Positions 1 through 10,884 of a stretch of 64,000 nucleotides of DNA are shown here, in pieces. The stretch is from Utricularia gibba (Eukaryota > Plantae > Magnoliophyta), in the NCBI GenBank assembly GCA_002189035.1, contig NEEC01000004.1:2480001-2544000 (forward strand), written 5' to 3'. Both the position numbers and the translations under genes were made by a program. Numbering within the stretch: the stretch's first letter is position 1; every line of letters begins with the position of its first letter. The notes under the pieces are model-generated. The model was given only the letters and a program-made list of their open reading frames with translations. It was not told the DNA's origin and did not search any database.

Positions 1-1229
1 TCTCCAACTGTACTGTTCCAATTCCATGCACTTTTATCAACCGTCCATCAGCTACTTCTATTTGTTTCCTGGACAGTGGCTCATAGCTTATGAAAGTGTC
101 AAATTGATGAGTTAAGTGATTGCTACATCCACTGTCTATGAGCCACATTTGTTTGTTTGTAGTATTATTCGTAGTTGAGAGTATGCTGTCTTTGCACGGT
201 ATGTAGATGTCAACGACTTCCTTAGCATCAAAGAAGTAGCATACAGAGTTTAGTGCAGTGGGATTTGGTTCTTTCTTGTCACTGCTGCTTTTTATGAACT
301 TTTCTTCATATCTTTTCTTGCATACCCTCTCGATGTGGCCCTTTTCTTTGCAGAAATTGCAGATCTTGTCTGGATGATAGAAGTAGTTTGAGACTGGATG
401 GTTCTTCTGCTTGTAGTAAGGACATTCAGGGTATGTTCCTTTCTTTTTAGCTCTTCTGTGAAACTTTGCTTGAAAGGCTTGTTCAGTTTCGTCCTGGGCT
501 CCATATGTCTTCTAGACTTGCTCAAAATTGTAGAGTGAATCCAGTAATTTTTCATAGTTGTATGTGGTGAGAAGGCCAGTTGTGGACAGTGTTCCAATAC
601 ATGCTTTGAACTGCTTTCCCACACACTTGAGAATTTTGTCTTTGACTCTTCCATCGTCGACTGGCTGCCCTAGTTTCTTTAAGCGCTTCACAACAGCACT
701 CATAGAGGTTGTTAGCTCGGTGATGGACTGACCTGGCTTCAGACTAAAATTGTCAAGAGTGTGCCACTGCTTTGCTATCTCCTTTTGTCGCCTTTCTGTT
801 GTCATTGCATAATTTGTTGCAAGAGCATTCCAGGCTTTCTTGGGAGATCTACAGCCCAAGATGAGGTCATATGCCTCATCGGTAACAGCCAATGTGAGCG
901 CGTGCATTGCCTTCTTTCTTTTCTTTCTGTACTTCTTTTCTGCTGCAGTTTCCATGTCTGAAGAGGAAGATTTTCTATCTTTTGATTGAGCCGTATCTGC
1001 CTGCTCTGTTTCTTCATTTTCTTCAAACAGGTCCCAGAGATCCAGATTGTCTAAGTGGACTGACATTTTGTCCGCCCACGCATCATAATCGCCTTTTCCA
1101 TCAAAAGTGGGAGGAGGAATGAAGTAAGCTGAGGTCATGATGGTGAAGTGTAGAAGGTAGATGGGATGTTTGGGACAGAACTTGGGTATATGTTTACGGT
1201 TTCTCAAAGAGATCCCACAGCTGTCACCA
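1..1229 (-). mobile_element. Ty1/copia retrotransposon, 5' internal region (gag + protease start); runs off the left edge
   Basis: ATG at 1138 opens MTSAYFIPPPTFDGKGDYDAWADKM (copia gag N-terminus). One premature TAG at 512-514, after which the same frame gives the zinc knuckle CNFCKEKGHIERVC (~319-361) and the copia protease motif WLIDSGCSNHLT (~100-135). Confidence 0.92.
1212..1229 (-). promoter_or_regulatory. Primer-binding site complementary to the 3' 18 nt of tRNA-Leu(UAG)
   Basis: The + strand reads ATCCCACAGCTGTCACCA, directly abutting the LTR. This matches my recollection of the plant cytosolic tRNA-Leu(UAG) 3' end plus CCA. Confidence 0.8.
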
Positions 1230-1641
1230 TGTAGAATATCTGTAGCTCACTATCTAGGAGCCTTAGTGCTTTGAGAGACTTGGAATGAACGTGAGAGAGT
1301 TTTACTGAACTAGTTCAATGCAAGTATGTACAATTGTTTGTGTTGTCTTGTATTAATAGATAGTTTTTGACCGTTGCTCGTAGGTGTAGATGCTCATCAT
1401 TGTGGCAGGTTATCGTTGACATAGTTGGCCAGTCAGCTTTGATTCTCTTCAGATCCAACTTGGGCCGGTTTGGTGTGAGCCCAGGCATACTTTACTTTTA
1501 TTGTCGGATGGGCTCGTATTCAACCCATTTGTGTGTTCAGTCTTGTAAGCCTCCCGCGAGCTCTGTTCCTCAACTAAATTTCCATTTAGGAAAGCTATTT
1601 TCACATCCATGTGCCATATCTCATAATCAAAATAAGCTACA
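1230..1641 (-). mobile_element. 5' LTR (~412 bp) of the copia element
   Basis: Bounded by the inverted termini TGTAG...CTACA. The PBS is on one side and the interrupted RT coding sequence of an older copia resumes on the other. Confidence 0.8.
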
Positions 1642-2268
1642 ATGAAGCAAAATTCGAATGGACTTCAGCATAGCAACAAGTGAGAAGGTTTCGACATAAT
1701 CAACACCTTATTTTTGACGATACCCTATTACCATATTTCATGACAAGGTTACGTTGTTGGACTGATCTTCAGACATGAAGCATACTTGGTACATTTGACA
1801 AGTCAGATTGCTTTGGTTGATTGCTTACTGATACATTACCAACTTATGGGATACAATTTTGAGATGGTGAGCTCATATTACCTTTTGAGTCACCCACTGG
1901 TGTCTCTATAGATGATGTTGGCTCATTCTCAACCATCTCTTCAAATTCAAACCGACTCCCACTTGCTTCTTTGAAAAGAAACTCTTTCTCTAGAAAGACA
2001 ACAGTCCTCATGATGAAAACCTTTCCCTCTTGAGGATTATAGAAGCAATATCCCATAGTTTATTGTGAATATCCCAAAAAGAAACATTTCTCAGATTTAT
2101 TCTCCAACTTATCTAACTTCAAACTTCTTACATGAGCAGGGCATCCCCAAGCTTATGTCAAAGACCTTGTACCCTGTTGACTTTGTAGTAGTGAAGATGC
2201 CTTCGACAAAAGCGGACTACAACACTATTATTCTCGAAAGTCCATTCTTAGCAACAACTTATGCGCAA
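1642..2268 (-). mobile_element. Older Ty1/copia integrase C-terminus to RT start remnant (Angela-like), host of the element above
   Basis: Minus-strand translations GCPAHVRSLKLDKLENKSEKCFFLGYS, MGYCFYNPQEGKVF and GVDYVETFSLVAMLKSIRILL, with stops and deletions. Confidence 0.85.
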
Positions 2269-4206
2269 ATCGGATGTAAGTAGGGAGAAATGACTCTTGG
2301 ATACAAGGATGATTTTGTGACTTTCAGAGCTAGAGAACCAGAAGTTGGCATGTAAGGAGTAGGAACGGTTATGGAAGAGGAACATGCCGAAAAGAGTGAT
2401 GCTAATGACCACCGGGATATTATTGATGAATTGGTAGAAGAGGTCAATGCCTAGGAGACGAAACAATCGACCATCTTGGGAGAAGTGGGTGAAGAAGCGA
2501 GCTTGACACCCGAGCTGAATGTTGAGAGGTCATCGGATGACGTAGGAGTTGCGGAGATGTCTTGCGAGAAGAAGCCGAATCTAAAGCCGCTCCTAAAGCA
2601 CTTAAAGTATATTTTTCTGGAAGAAGGTAACACTTTGCCTGTTATAGTTAAGACAAATCTAACTTCTGAGCAAGACAAAAAGTTGTCGGAGGTGTTGAAG
2701 AAGCACAGGAAGGTCATTGCTTGGACTTTAGAGGACATTCAAGGAATTTGCCCATCGGTTTGGATGCATCAAATACTACTGGAGAATGACACCAAGCCAA
2801 TTCAACAGGCGCAAAGAAGACTTAATCCGACGCTGATGGAAGTTGTGAAGAAAGAAGTGGAGAAGCTACTGAAGGTGGAGATAATTTATTCCATATCGAA
2901 TAATAAATGGGTCAGCCCAATCCATGTGGTGCCTAAGAAGATTGGAATCATAGTTGTTACATCCTCATAAGGGAAACAAGTCACTACTCGAGTGTAAAAT
3001 GGATGGAGAATTTGTATTCACTACAAGAAATTGAACAATGTCACGCGAAAGGACCACTATCCCCTACCCTTCATTAATCAAATGCTTGATAAGTAGTGGT
3101 CGCACTCGAGGATCAAGAGAAGACAACATTTACCTGCCCATTTGGTAGGTTTGCATATAGGAGAATGCCTTTTGGTCTATGTAATAAAAACATAGTATTA
3201 TTAATAAAAACATTTCAAAGGTATGTGACGAGTATATTTTCTGATTTTATTAATAAAAACATTGAGGTTATTATGGATGATTTTACATTACATGTATCAA
3301 AATTTGATGAATGTGTCAAAAATTTGGACAAAGATTTAGGTAGGTGTGTTGAGAAAAGACTTGGTGCTTAATTCTGAAAAATGCCATTTTATGGTTAGAC
3401 AAAGGATCATGTTAGGACATGTTACTAGAGAAAGGCCCTCCTCTTTTTTTCTCTCTCCCCCATCATTTACAAACATCCCCTTTTCTCTTCCTTGAGATTT
3501 GTTTTTACTTCATCTAGCTTTTTGCCCATACTTTCTATGACTGCACTGTTCTTCTTTGGCTCCTCGGTATTTGGGGTGGATGACAATTGTTTGCCATTAG
3601 TTTTTCGATATTGTTTTCAATTTTGCAGGGCAACTGATTTTTGCCAATGAGTAGGTAATATTATCAATGAAAATGAGATGCCCTTGCGGTCAATTTTTGT
3701 GACCGAAATAATCGATATACGTGGAATTGATTTCACGGGTTCATTTCCTAACTGACATGGATATGAGTATATTTTGGTATGTGTAGATTATTTTTCCAAG
3801 TGAATAGAGGCAATTCCAACCCATGTGTAGGACACAAAGATTGTGAAGGATTTTCTAAAGAAAAATATTTTTGCTAGATTTGGTGTCTCAAAGGTGTTCA
3901 TCAACAACAGAGGGACACACTTCTTCAACAAAGCCCTGGAAAAAACTACTCAAGAAATATGGAGTATGGTATAAGCCTTCAAATGCTTATCACCCTCAGA
4001 ACAATGAGCAAGCAGCAGTATCCAATTGTGAGATTAAGCAAGTGCTGGAAAAAACTAGTAACATGTCCGAGAAAGATTGGAACCAGAATTTGGATGAGGC
4101 ACTTTGGGCAATTCGGACTGCTTACAAGACTCCGATTGGCATGAACCCTTGTCGGGTTGTTTACGGTAAGAACTATCATTTGCAAGTCGAGCTGGAGCAC
4201 AAGACC
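2269..4206 (+). mobile_element. Degenerate Ty3/gypsy Athila-type pol (protease end, RT, integrase); RNase H deleted
   Basis: LKPLLKHLKYIFL, QRRLNPTLMEVVKKEV, WVSPIHVVPKK, DQEKTTFTCPFGRFAYRRMPFGLCN, and integrase YHPQNN...WNQNLDEALWAIRTAYKTPIGMNP. Many stops and frameshifts. Confidence 0.92.
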
Positions 4207-4390
4207 AAATAGAACGAACTCCGGGAAAATCGAGTCAAAATTTATATGAAAAAATATGCTAAAGTAGTCAAAATGATTGACCGCATTAAAGAAAAAAAAT
4301 ATTTTTTGGCAATTCGTTTTTTTATTACGACAGCACCCTCCTGATTCTTGGATTGTTCTTTTGTTTGACCAATCCACATTGGAGTTCGGA

Positions 4391-4728
4391 TTAGACTTCT
4401 GATTCAAGAATAGGCCTATTTTTTTTATTTCTGGTTAGAAGACCTATCGTAGTTCTAGCGGTCAACTCGGTTTTTTCAAACTGTTTCTCATTATTTAGAA
4501 AGGGTAACAAAGATAAAATACGAGCTTGTTTTATAGTAATAGTAATTAATCGTTGTTGTTTCAAGGTCAATCTATTAACCCGTCTAGATAATATTTTTCC
4601 TTGTTCACTAATAAATCGACTAATTAAACTCATGTTTCTATAATCAATTCGATCCCTCGATTGAATCGGGGCAAACGCTTACGAAAAAATCGTTTGGATT
4701 TAAGAAAAAGTCGTTTGGGTTTATCCAT
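4391..4728 (-). pseudogene. rps18: Plastid-derived ribosomal protein S18 pseudogene
   Basis: ATG at 4728 gives [20 protein letters not shown], then a -1 frameshift in a C run (~4668-4671), then [53 protein letters not shown]. The stop is displaced by an A-run slip. Confidence 0.95.
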
Positions 4729-4876
4729 GGTGTTTTGTTTAGTTTATTTCTAATCCCTAAAATCATATTTCATAATTCTCATTTTCTTTTGACTACAAAT
4801 AGGATTTTTTTTTATTTCAATATGTTCTATATAATATAATTTTTCCATGTCAAGGATAAGACAGACTAGATTCGAT

Positions 4877-5000
4877 CTATTTCTTTATTTCCCCATGAAT
4901 CATATGTTTGTAAAAATAGGGACAGAATTTTCTTAATTCTAATCGAACCAACGTATTATGCCAGTTCTTTTGAGTAATATATCTAGAAATACCTGCTGAT
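4877..5000 (-). pseudogene. rpl33: Plastid-derived ribosomal protein L33, 3' fragment
   Basis: Translates [40 protein letters not shown]; the 5' part is missing. Confidence 0.93.
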
Positions 5001-5369
5001 TGCAAATAGCGAGGCTAGGAAATTTCTTGCAGGAGTTGGAGGAACTATTGTAGACTACTTACAACAACTCTTGTAGTTTCAAGGAATAGACAAATGTCTG
5101 CCTGATATTACACTTGGATTGATCTAGAACTAGATGCTCAATCATTTCTCAAAAAAAGAATAAAAAAGAAAAAAAAGAGAGAGGAAAAATATGAAAACTG
5201 GTTGTCAATCATTATCCAAAATGGTTTTGAAGGAACTAACTCACAAAATAATCTTTGAAAACACTCTCCAAAGGAAATCTCTTCATGTATAGTTGAGTGA
5301 TTACATGACATGTATACAAGCACTTCTATAGTTCATGCATACAAAAGTCATCACTCGAATCTTGGGGAC

Positions 5370-7104
5370 AGTATAAAACAATAGTAGATGGAAACTAGAA
5401 TTATTTCTAATTTACTTTTGTTTGCTAAATCTTTTTAGTTTCTATGACTGACTTTCTCACAATATCTTTGATATTTTCGTTGCTTTATATCTTGATAATA
5501 TAATCTTTTATTTTCCACACATGAGTAGCTAAATTTAGGGGATGCCTTAAGGTGTAGAATGGTGATGTGGGAATGAACATCTTCTCAACTCAGATGCTTG
5601 ATTTAGAGATGGATCAACAAATCAAAGCTTAGATAATAGGTATTAGTTATGGGTAGAACTAGTAGAGTTAGGTATACCTAATTCTACATATTTTGTACAT
5701 GGGTAGACCTAAGTGTGGGATGGGTAATGAAAAAATGGGCTATGTTAACCAAAAATATGAGAAATAACCTGGGTAAACTTAGGTTATTTAGAATTGTAAG
5801 TATAGAAATATTGTAAATTAAATTAGAAATTTTAGCACCACATCACCTGCATACCCTTGAGGCATATTATTGTTACTTTGTATTAGAACTAGTATTTGTT
5901 ATTGTTAAATGTCATTTTTTAGTTTATTATTAGGTATTATTATATGTTAATCTAGTGTTAAGTCACCCAATTTAAGATTTATATTGATAAATATTCTATT
6001 TCCTTAGAAAAATCTTATTTTCTATTTTGTATATATTTTCTTCATCTTTTTCGTGCACTTTGACCGAGATATGTCAGGAGGCAATCGTGGAGTGTTGTAG
6101 TATGCTTGCATGAGGTCACACTTTGACTTTTCGTGCTTTACACGTGATTTGGAAAAATTTTGGGCGGAAGACTGATACTAGTCAATGCCCCTAACTTACG
6201 ACATGTCAGAGTTTGCAACAATGATTGGACGCTAAATTGCATGCAAGGGAAAGCTGGTGGCGCACGCAAGGCCACTCCTCGCAGGTCTTAATGAAGAGAA
6301 AGGTGAAGAGCATCAACTCCAACCCTATCAGTTTGAGGAAAGTAGCGAATTGTTTGCGATTGAGGTACCGTGACAGTGGATAGGTAGTGACCTCGCCATT
6401 AGGAACAATTGAGCATACGCACGCAATTCGATTTTGAAGACAATCGATGGCAATCTTCTTGTCTTCTCAATCGTCCAAGGGGGAACGACATGTAGCTATT
6501 CCCATGCCTCCTTATCAATCAGAGTATACGGGAGAGTAGGCTATTCCTTGCTCCTATAACCAACTATTTGGAAGAAATCAGTGAAAGGCGAGGCAAGAAT
6601 AGACGAAAAGAGGAAACATAGTCCCCTTCCCAGGAACTGCAACGCTTAGTCAAGATCCATTACTTAAATATTATCTTCATTTCTTGTACTTCAAAAACCT
6701 CCTTTTACAAATCCGTGACAATTTGTGAAACTTTTCTACGAAACACTTTTCGCAAAACTCAACTCTCTAAGATCGATACTCATATTGCGCTCATTTGTGT
6801 TCTACGTTTTATATATTTAAAATTTGTTGAGAAAAGGACATGCAACAATTACTTTCAACGTTGAAACTTGATATTATTTGTTGAACTTGGCTATTATTGT
6901 TAGGTTGAGGTTACACTAAAAGTGACATCTATCCTACGATGTTGTATCTAAGAAAATACTTTGTAAGCACCTGCTCCTTGATCGATCTTCAAATCCATTA
7001 TATAAGTTTTCTGAACTTGTATTTTGTGTAGATTAGAGATTATAAATTTATTTGATATGAAAATTTCTTGTTTTGAAACGATTTAAAGAAATTTTCGTTT
7101 ATCA
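5370..7104 (+). mobile_element. 5'-truncated Athila-type LTR (family A), interrupted by a solo LTR at 5903-6847
   Basis: Aligns by eye to 41110-41970 (ATGAGTAG(C/T)TAA motif, GGGTAGACCTA repeats, shared terminus ...GAAATTT(T/C)CGTTTATCA). Confidence 0.8.
5903..6847 (+). mobile_element. Solo LTR (family B, 945 bp)
   Basis: TG...CA ends. The flanks GTTAT/ATTAC are both one change from GTTAC, the sequence at the empty site in the 41.7-kb family A copy. A second copy of its 3' half lies at 48516-49020. Confidence 0.72.
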
Positions 7105-8259
7105 TGGGAGTAGGGAGCACCGCATCCATGAGGAAGATGATATAATATGAGAGTAAGTGGGGCACTAGTAAATGTAAAAATACGCAGTAATTGCTTTTGA
7201 TTTATTTAATTAAGTGAAGTAATAATTTAGCATTTTTACACAAAAAAACCACTAAATTCACACTTTTTTACTCACATATCAAACCTCTTGTATTCTTAAA
7301 TCCAAATAAATTATGTATTTGAATTTAAATAAAATAAAATCAGATTAAGACCAAACACATAACCAAATAATACCGTCGTGGGTGTGTTTTCAAATGAGTC
7401 GAGTGCGGCTTGTGGATAATAGGGATGTATTTGTCACGCCGAGATTTTAAGAAACCAATAATGTGGTCTCAGATTTCTCATGTGGTCTCCCCGGAATCAC
7501 AACATGTGTCGGCTGAGTTTGAAATCGGTGTATCGTAGTACAGAGCTCACTGTCATTTTGCAATTATCCCTCAAACAACAAGGATGAGATTTTTCTTACG
7601 AGAGAGTGCATGGATGAATCCAGGGATAGTGATGTTGCATGCAAAAAGGCTTCATTTTACAATACCTGGCATCAGACCTAAAAGTTCAATAGCTGCACTC
7701 GTCATAGTTATTTCGTCTAACACTTATGCATCTAGAAGCTAATCCAATAAGCTCCAAAACCCACATTAAACAACACATTTGGCCAAAGCTTCGGCATACT
7801 TTTGATAATGAATCATGGTGCCCATCTCTAGATGAAGGGGCCCTAGCCATTTTAGGAGCATTTGGATCCAACGGTGTGCTTGAAATCACACATTTCACGA
7901 TTAGAAGTACCTAAGGGCCAATCCACAAAATACTAACAGGATGAAAGTTGGAACCTCCTTGTCCTAAAAACAAAATTAGTATTCAAGCTCACTATTTGAA
8001 AACTAAGCATAATCAATTATCACTATTTCAAAAAAATCATGTAAAATTGATCTTCATTACTTTAAAAATTAGCATGTTTAAATCTTATTATTTCAATAAA
8101 TAATTGATATAAATTATCACTAATGTTTTAAATAATTGACATAATTATTCTTCAATTATTCCGATAAAGCCTAATTCCCTCATTTTATCTCTTTCTTTTA
8201 TCAAAATTTTCACATTTTTGCCCACTCACCAAATCTGCCCCATCAACCGACCTTCGACG

Positions 8260-10003
8260 GGTAATTTTTAAAAGTACTCACTATCATAATACTTATTTAT
8301 AAAACTATCCACTGTATGTATTAGGTGTGTTGTGTGTATATAAATTTACAAAATCACCCTTTTTTAATGTATATGTAAAAATTGTATTATTGATAATTGA
8401 TTTTTTGTTGTTCCAAAACATATTATTCCATTACTCTTAAATGTTGTTTTTACTTATTTTCAACTCCACTTTCTCATTATTCTCAATTGATTTTGCATAT
8501 TTTATACTATTTTGATCTTTTTGGAGAGAAAGTGTATTTTATGGATTATTAGTGCACTTTTGGGTCGATTTAAGGAGAAATCATGACCCATCAAATCATG
8601 GACTTAATGGGCCACGAATCTTAGCCCAAGACTCGGTCAAATGATGAAGATTTGGTCCAAGATTCGTAGATAAAATAGAGATATGAAGATGATCTTCGAA
8701 GATTTGGATAAAAGATTTGGATAGAAGATCTTATCCAAACCCATCAAATAAGTCCAATACGAAAACTTGGATCTACTCTCCCATAGATAACCCACTCTCT
8801 CAACCATTAGAGATGGCTTTGACCACTGTTCCTTTGTATTTTTCTTATTTTCGTGTCTATTTTCATGTTAGAGTCGAGTCTACACGTGTAGGCACTTGCG
8901 GCTCAGGATCTGCAGTGAAGCCTTGTTTGCGCAAGTCCTGCGCGTGTGACTGTTTTACTATGTTTTTCGACATTTAAATTGAAGTTTAATTCTGTTTTTT
9001 CGCAACGTTTTCTTTCTCAACGTGCTCCTTAGTATCACATAACCCGAAGGGAGTGTGAGAAAATCAAAGATTGGCCTCAATCACCTAAGGAGAAGGGCTC
9101 AATCGGACATCATTGGTAAGACATATTCTGTCTCATCTGTCTGTGAGGTGTGAAGTGTAGGGGTTAGATTTGGGTGTGGGGAAAACATGAATTATCACAA
9201 GAGATGAAATGGCTTTGGTGGCATGGTTGATTCCATAATCTCACAAAACAAGGGATGTTGCTATAACGGTCACCGAGTAGCACTACTTTAGAATAATCCC
9301 CTCAGAGTTTGCACAAGCAGGTCAGTCTTCAAGGTTTGCACACACTCAAAAGTGAGTTTTAAGAAAGGTGGATCTTAGATCCAATGACACATTTCTTATT
9401 GTTTTTAAACCCGAATTTTTCTTTTGTTTTAGTGTTTTTAAGTATTTGTTTGAAAAGAAAATTCTAATAACAATTTCCCGTGGATACGATCTTATTTTAT
9501 TACTTCAACGATTTTTGTTCACTTGTAGAATTACCATCAATTATAAATATTATAATTTATAATTTTATAATACTTAATAATGATTTTCAGTAAAATGTTT
9601 TTACTGAAAATCATTACATAAAATCAACTCCTTTTTTTGTAATAAACAATACTTTAAATAATGTTAATACTAATAATATAGATTTGATAAGATCAAAATA
9701 ATTTCTAAATTAAAACCAAATCGTTTTTCTAATAGACCATATTTTTTAAATAATTTTATTACTAATAATATACATTTCATAAGATCAAAATAATTTCTGA
9801 AAAAATATAAAAAAAATATTTACTAAAAACATTTTATTGAAAATCATTATTAAATATTATAAAAATACAAATTATAATATTTATAATACAATATTTACAT
9901 ATACATTAAAAAGAATGGGTAATTTCGTAAAATTATATCACACAGTAGTTAATTTTACAAATAGTTTTTATGACAGTGATATTTACAATTGACACGACCT
10001 TGG
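8260..10003. mobile_element. Foldback/MULE-like MITE with ~130-bp terminal inverted repeats, split by a solo LTR
   Basis: 8260-8390 aligns to the reverse complement of ~9880-10003 (e.g. CCCTTTTTTAATGTATATGTAAAAATTGTATTAT vs CCCATTCTTTTTAATGTATATGTAAATATTGTATTAT). No TSD was resolved. Confidence 0.6.
8391..9539 (+). mobile_element. Athila solo LTR (family D, 1149 bp)
   Basis: TGAT...ATCA ends and a perfect 5-bp TSD ATTAT. Same family as the PPT-adjacent LTR at 61105-62256. Confidence 0.92.
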
Positions 10004-10884
10004 ACAGCACTCAATGATGCCTGGCAACCTGTACTTGTGGTCCCGACCACAGACTTGATTGCTTGAACCGAACTTTAGCTGTTAAGCCACACCACTGTTA
10101 GAGGATAACCTCAAGATTTGAAGAATGTTGCTGTTAGATCAATGAAGTTTTTCTATAACTACTGCAGAAATAAAGTTTCATTAATCATTGTGTCCTCTCA
10201 TGTTTCAGTAATGTTTTTTTTTGTTGTAAATTTATTATATTGATTTTAATGAATTATATGTTAACTTTACATGAGATTAATCAATTTATCGACAATGCAC
10301 AAGCTAAAACAGATATTACTTAATTTACAATTAACAATAGTCATTGTTGTTTTAAAGAGAAACAATAATGATGCTTGGATTGTGAAAAGCATAGTCTCAC
10401 ATTCATCAAAATACATTAGAAACTCAGAAAATAAATTAGAGTTAAGATTTTCAAACACGTGATATTATTGCAAGTGAGTAATCATATAATCAATAGTTGC
10501 TTTAGATGTAATTTTGGAAAATTATAGAATATTTCATTGATTTCAAATCTTATATGATAATGCTCATATAGATATATATGCTGTAGAGAAGATGTTTTCT
10601 AGCAAGTTTGTTAGCGTTTAATTTACATTGATGGCAAACATATGATGAAGGTAAAAAGAAAATTATTTATTACTACAACTCTACACCCAATCGACAACAT
10701 TTTCCAATTAATATTTTGAGACTATATCTACTTTATTTCTCATAACAAACATGTTTGATGTTAGAGTGAAGACAACTGATTTGCAAACCGACTAAAATTT
10801 ATTTTATGATTGTTTTATATCTCAAGTATTATTAGTATTTGACCTAATTTAAATTAATGTGTAACACTATTGTAGAAAGTGAAA

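Larger units (their letters stand above)
4207..5002 (-). other. Nuclear plastid DNA insertion (NUPT): 3' part of rpl33, spacer, rps18 and rps18-rpl20 spacer
   Basis: The plastid gene order rpl33-rps18 is recognisable by translation, and the spacer motif TGACTACTTTAGCATATTTTTTCATATAAATT resembles the plastid rps18-rpl20 spacer as I recall it. Confidence 0.93.

Noticed and set aside
7370-7920. GC-richer block with a weak plant-mobile-domain-like translation (LDEITMTSAAIELLGL) next to ~31-bp AT-rich subrepeats at 7990-8140
   Set aside because: Many stops and only a few motif-like residues; cannot be assigned without a search.
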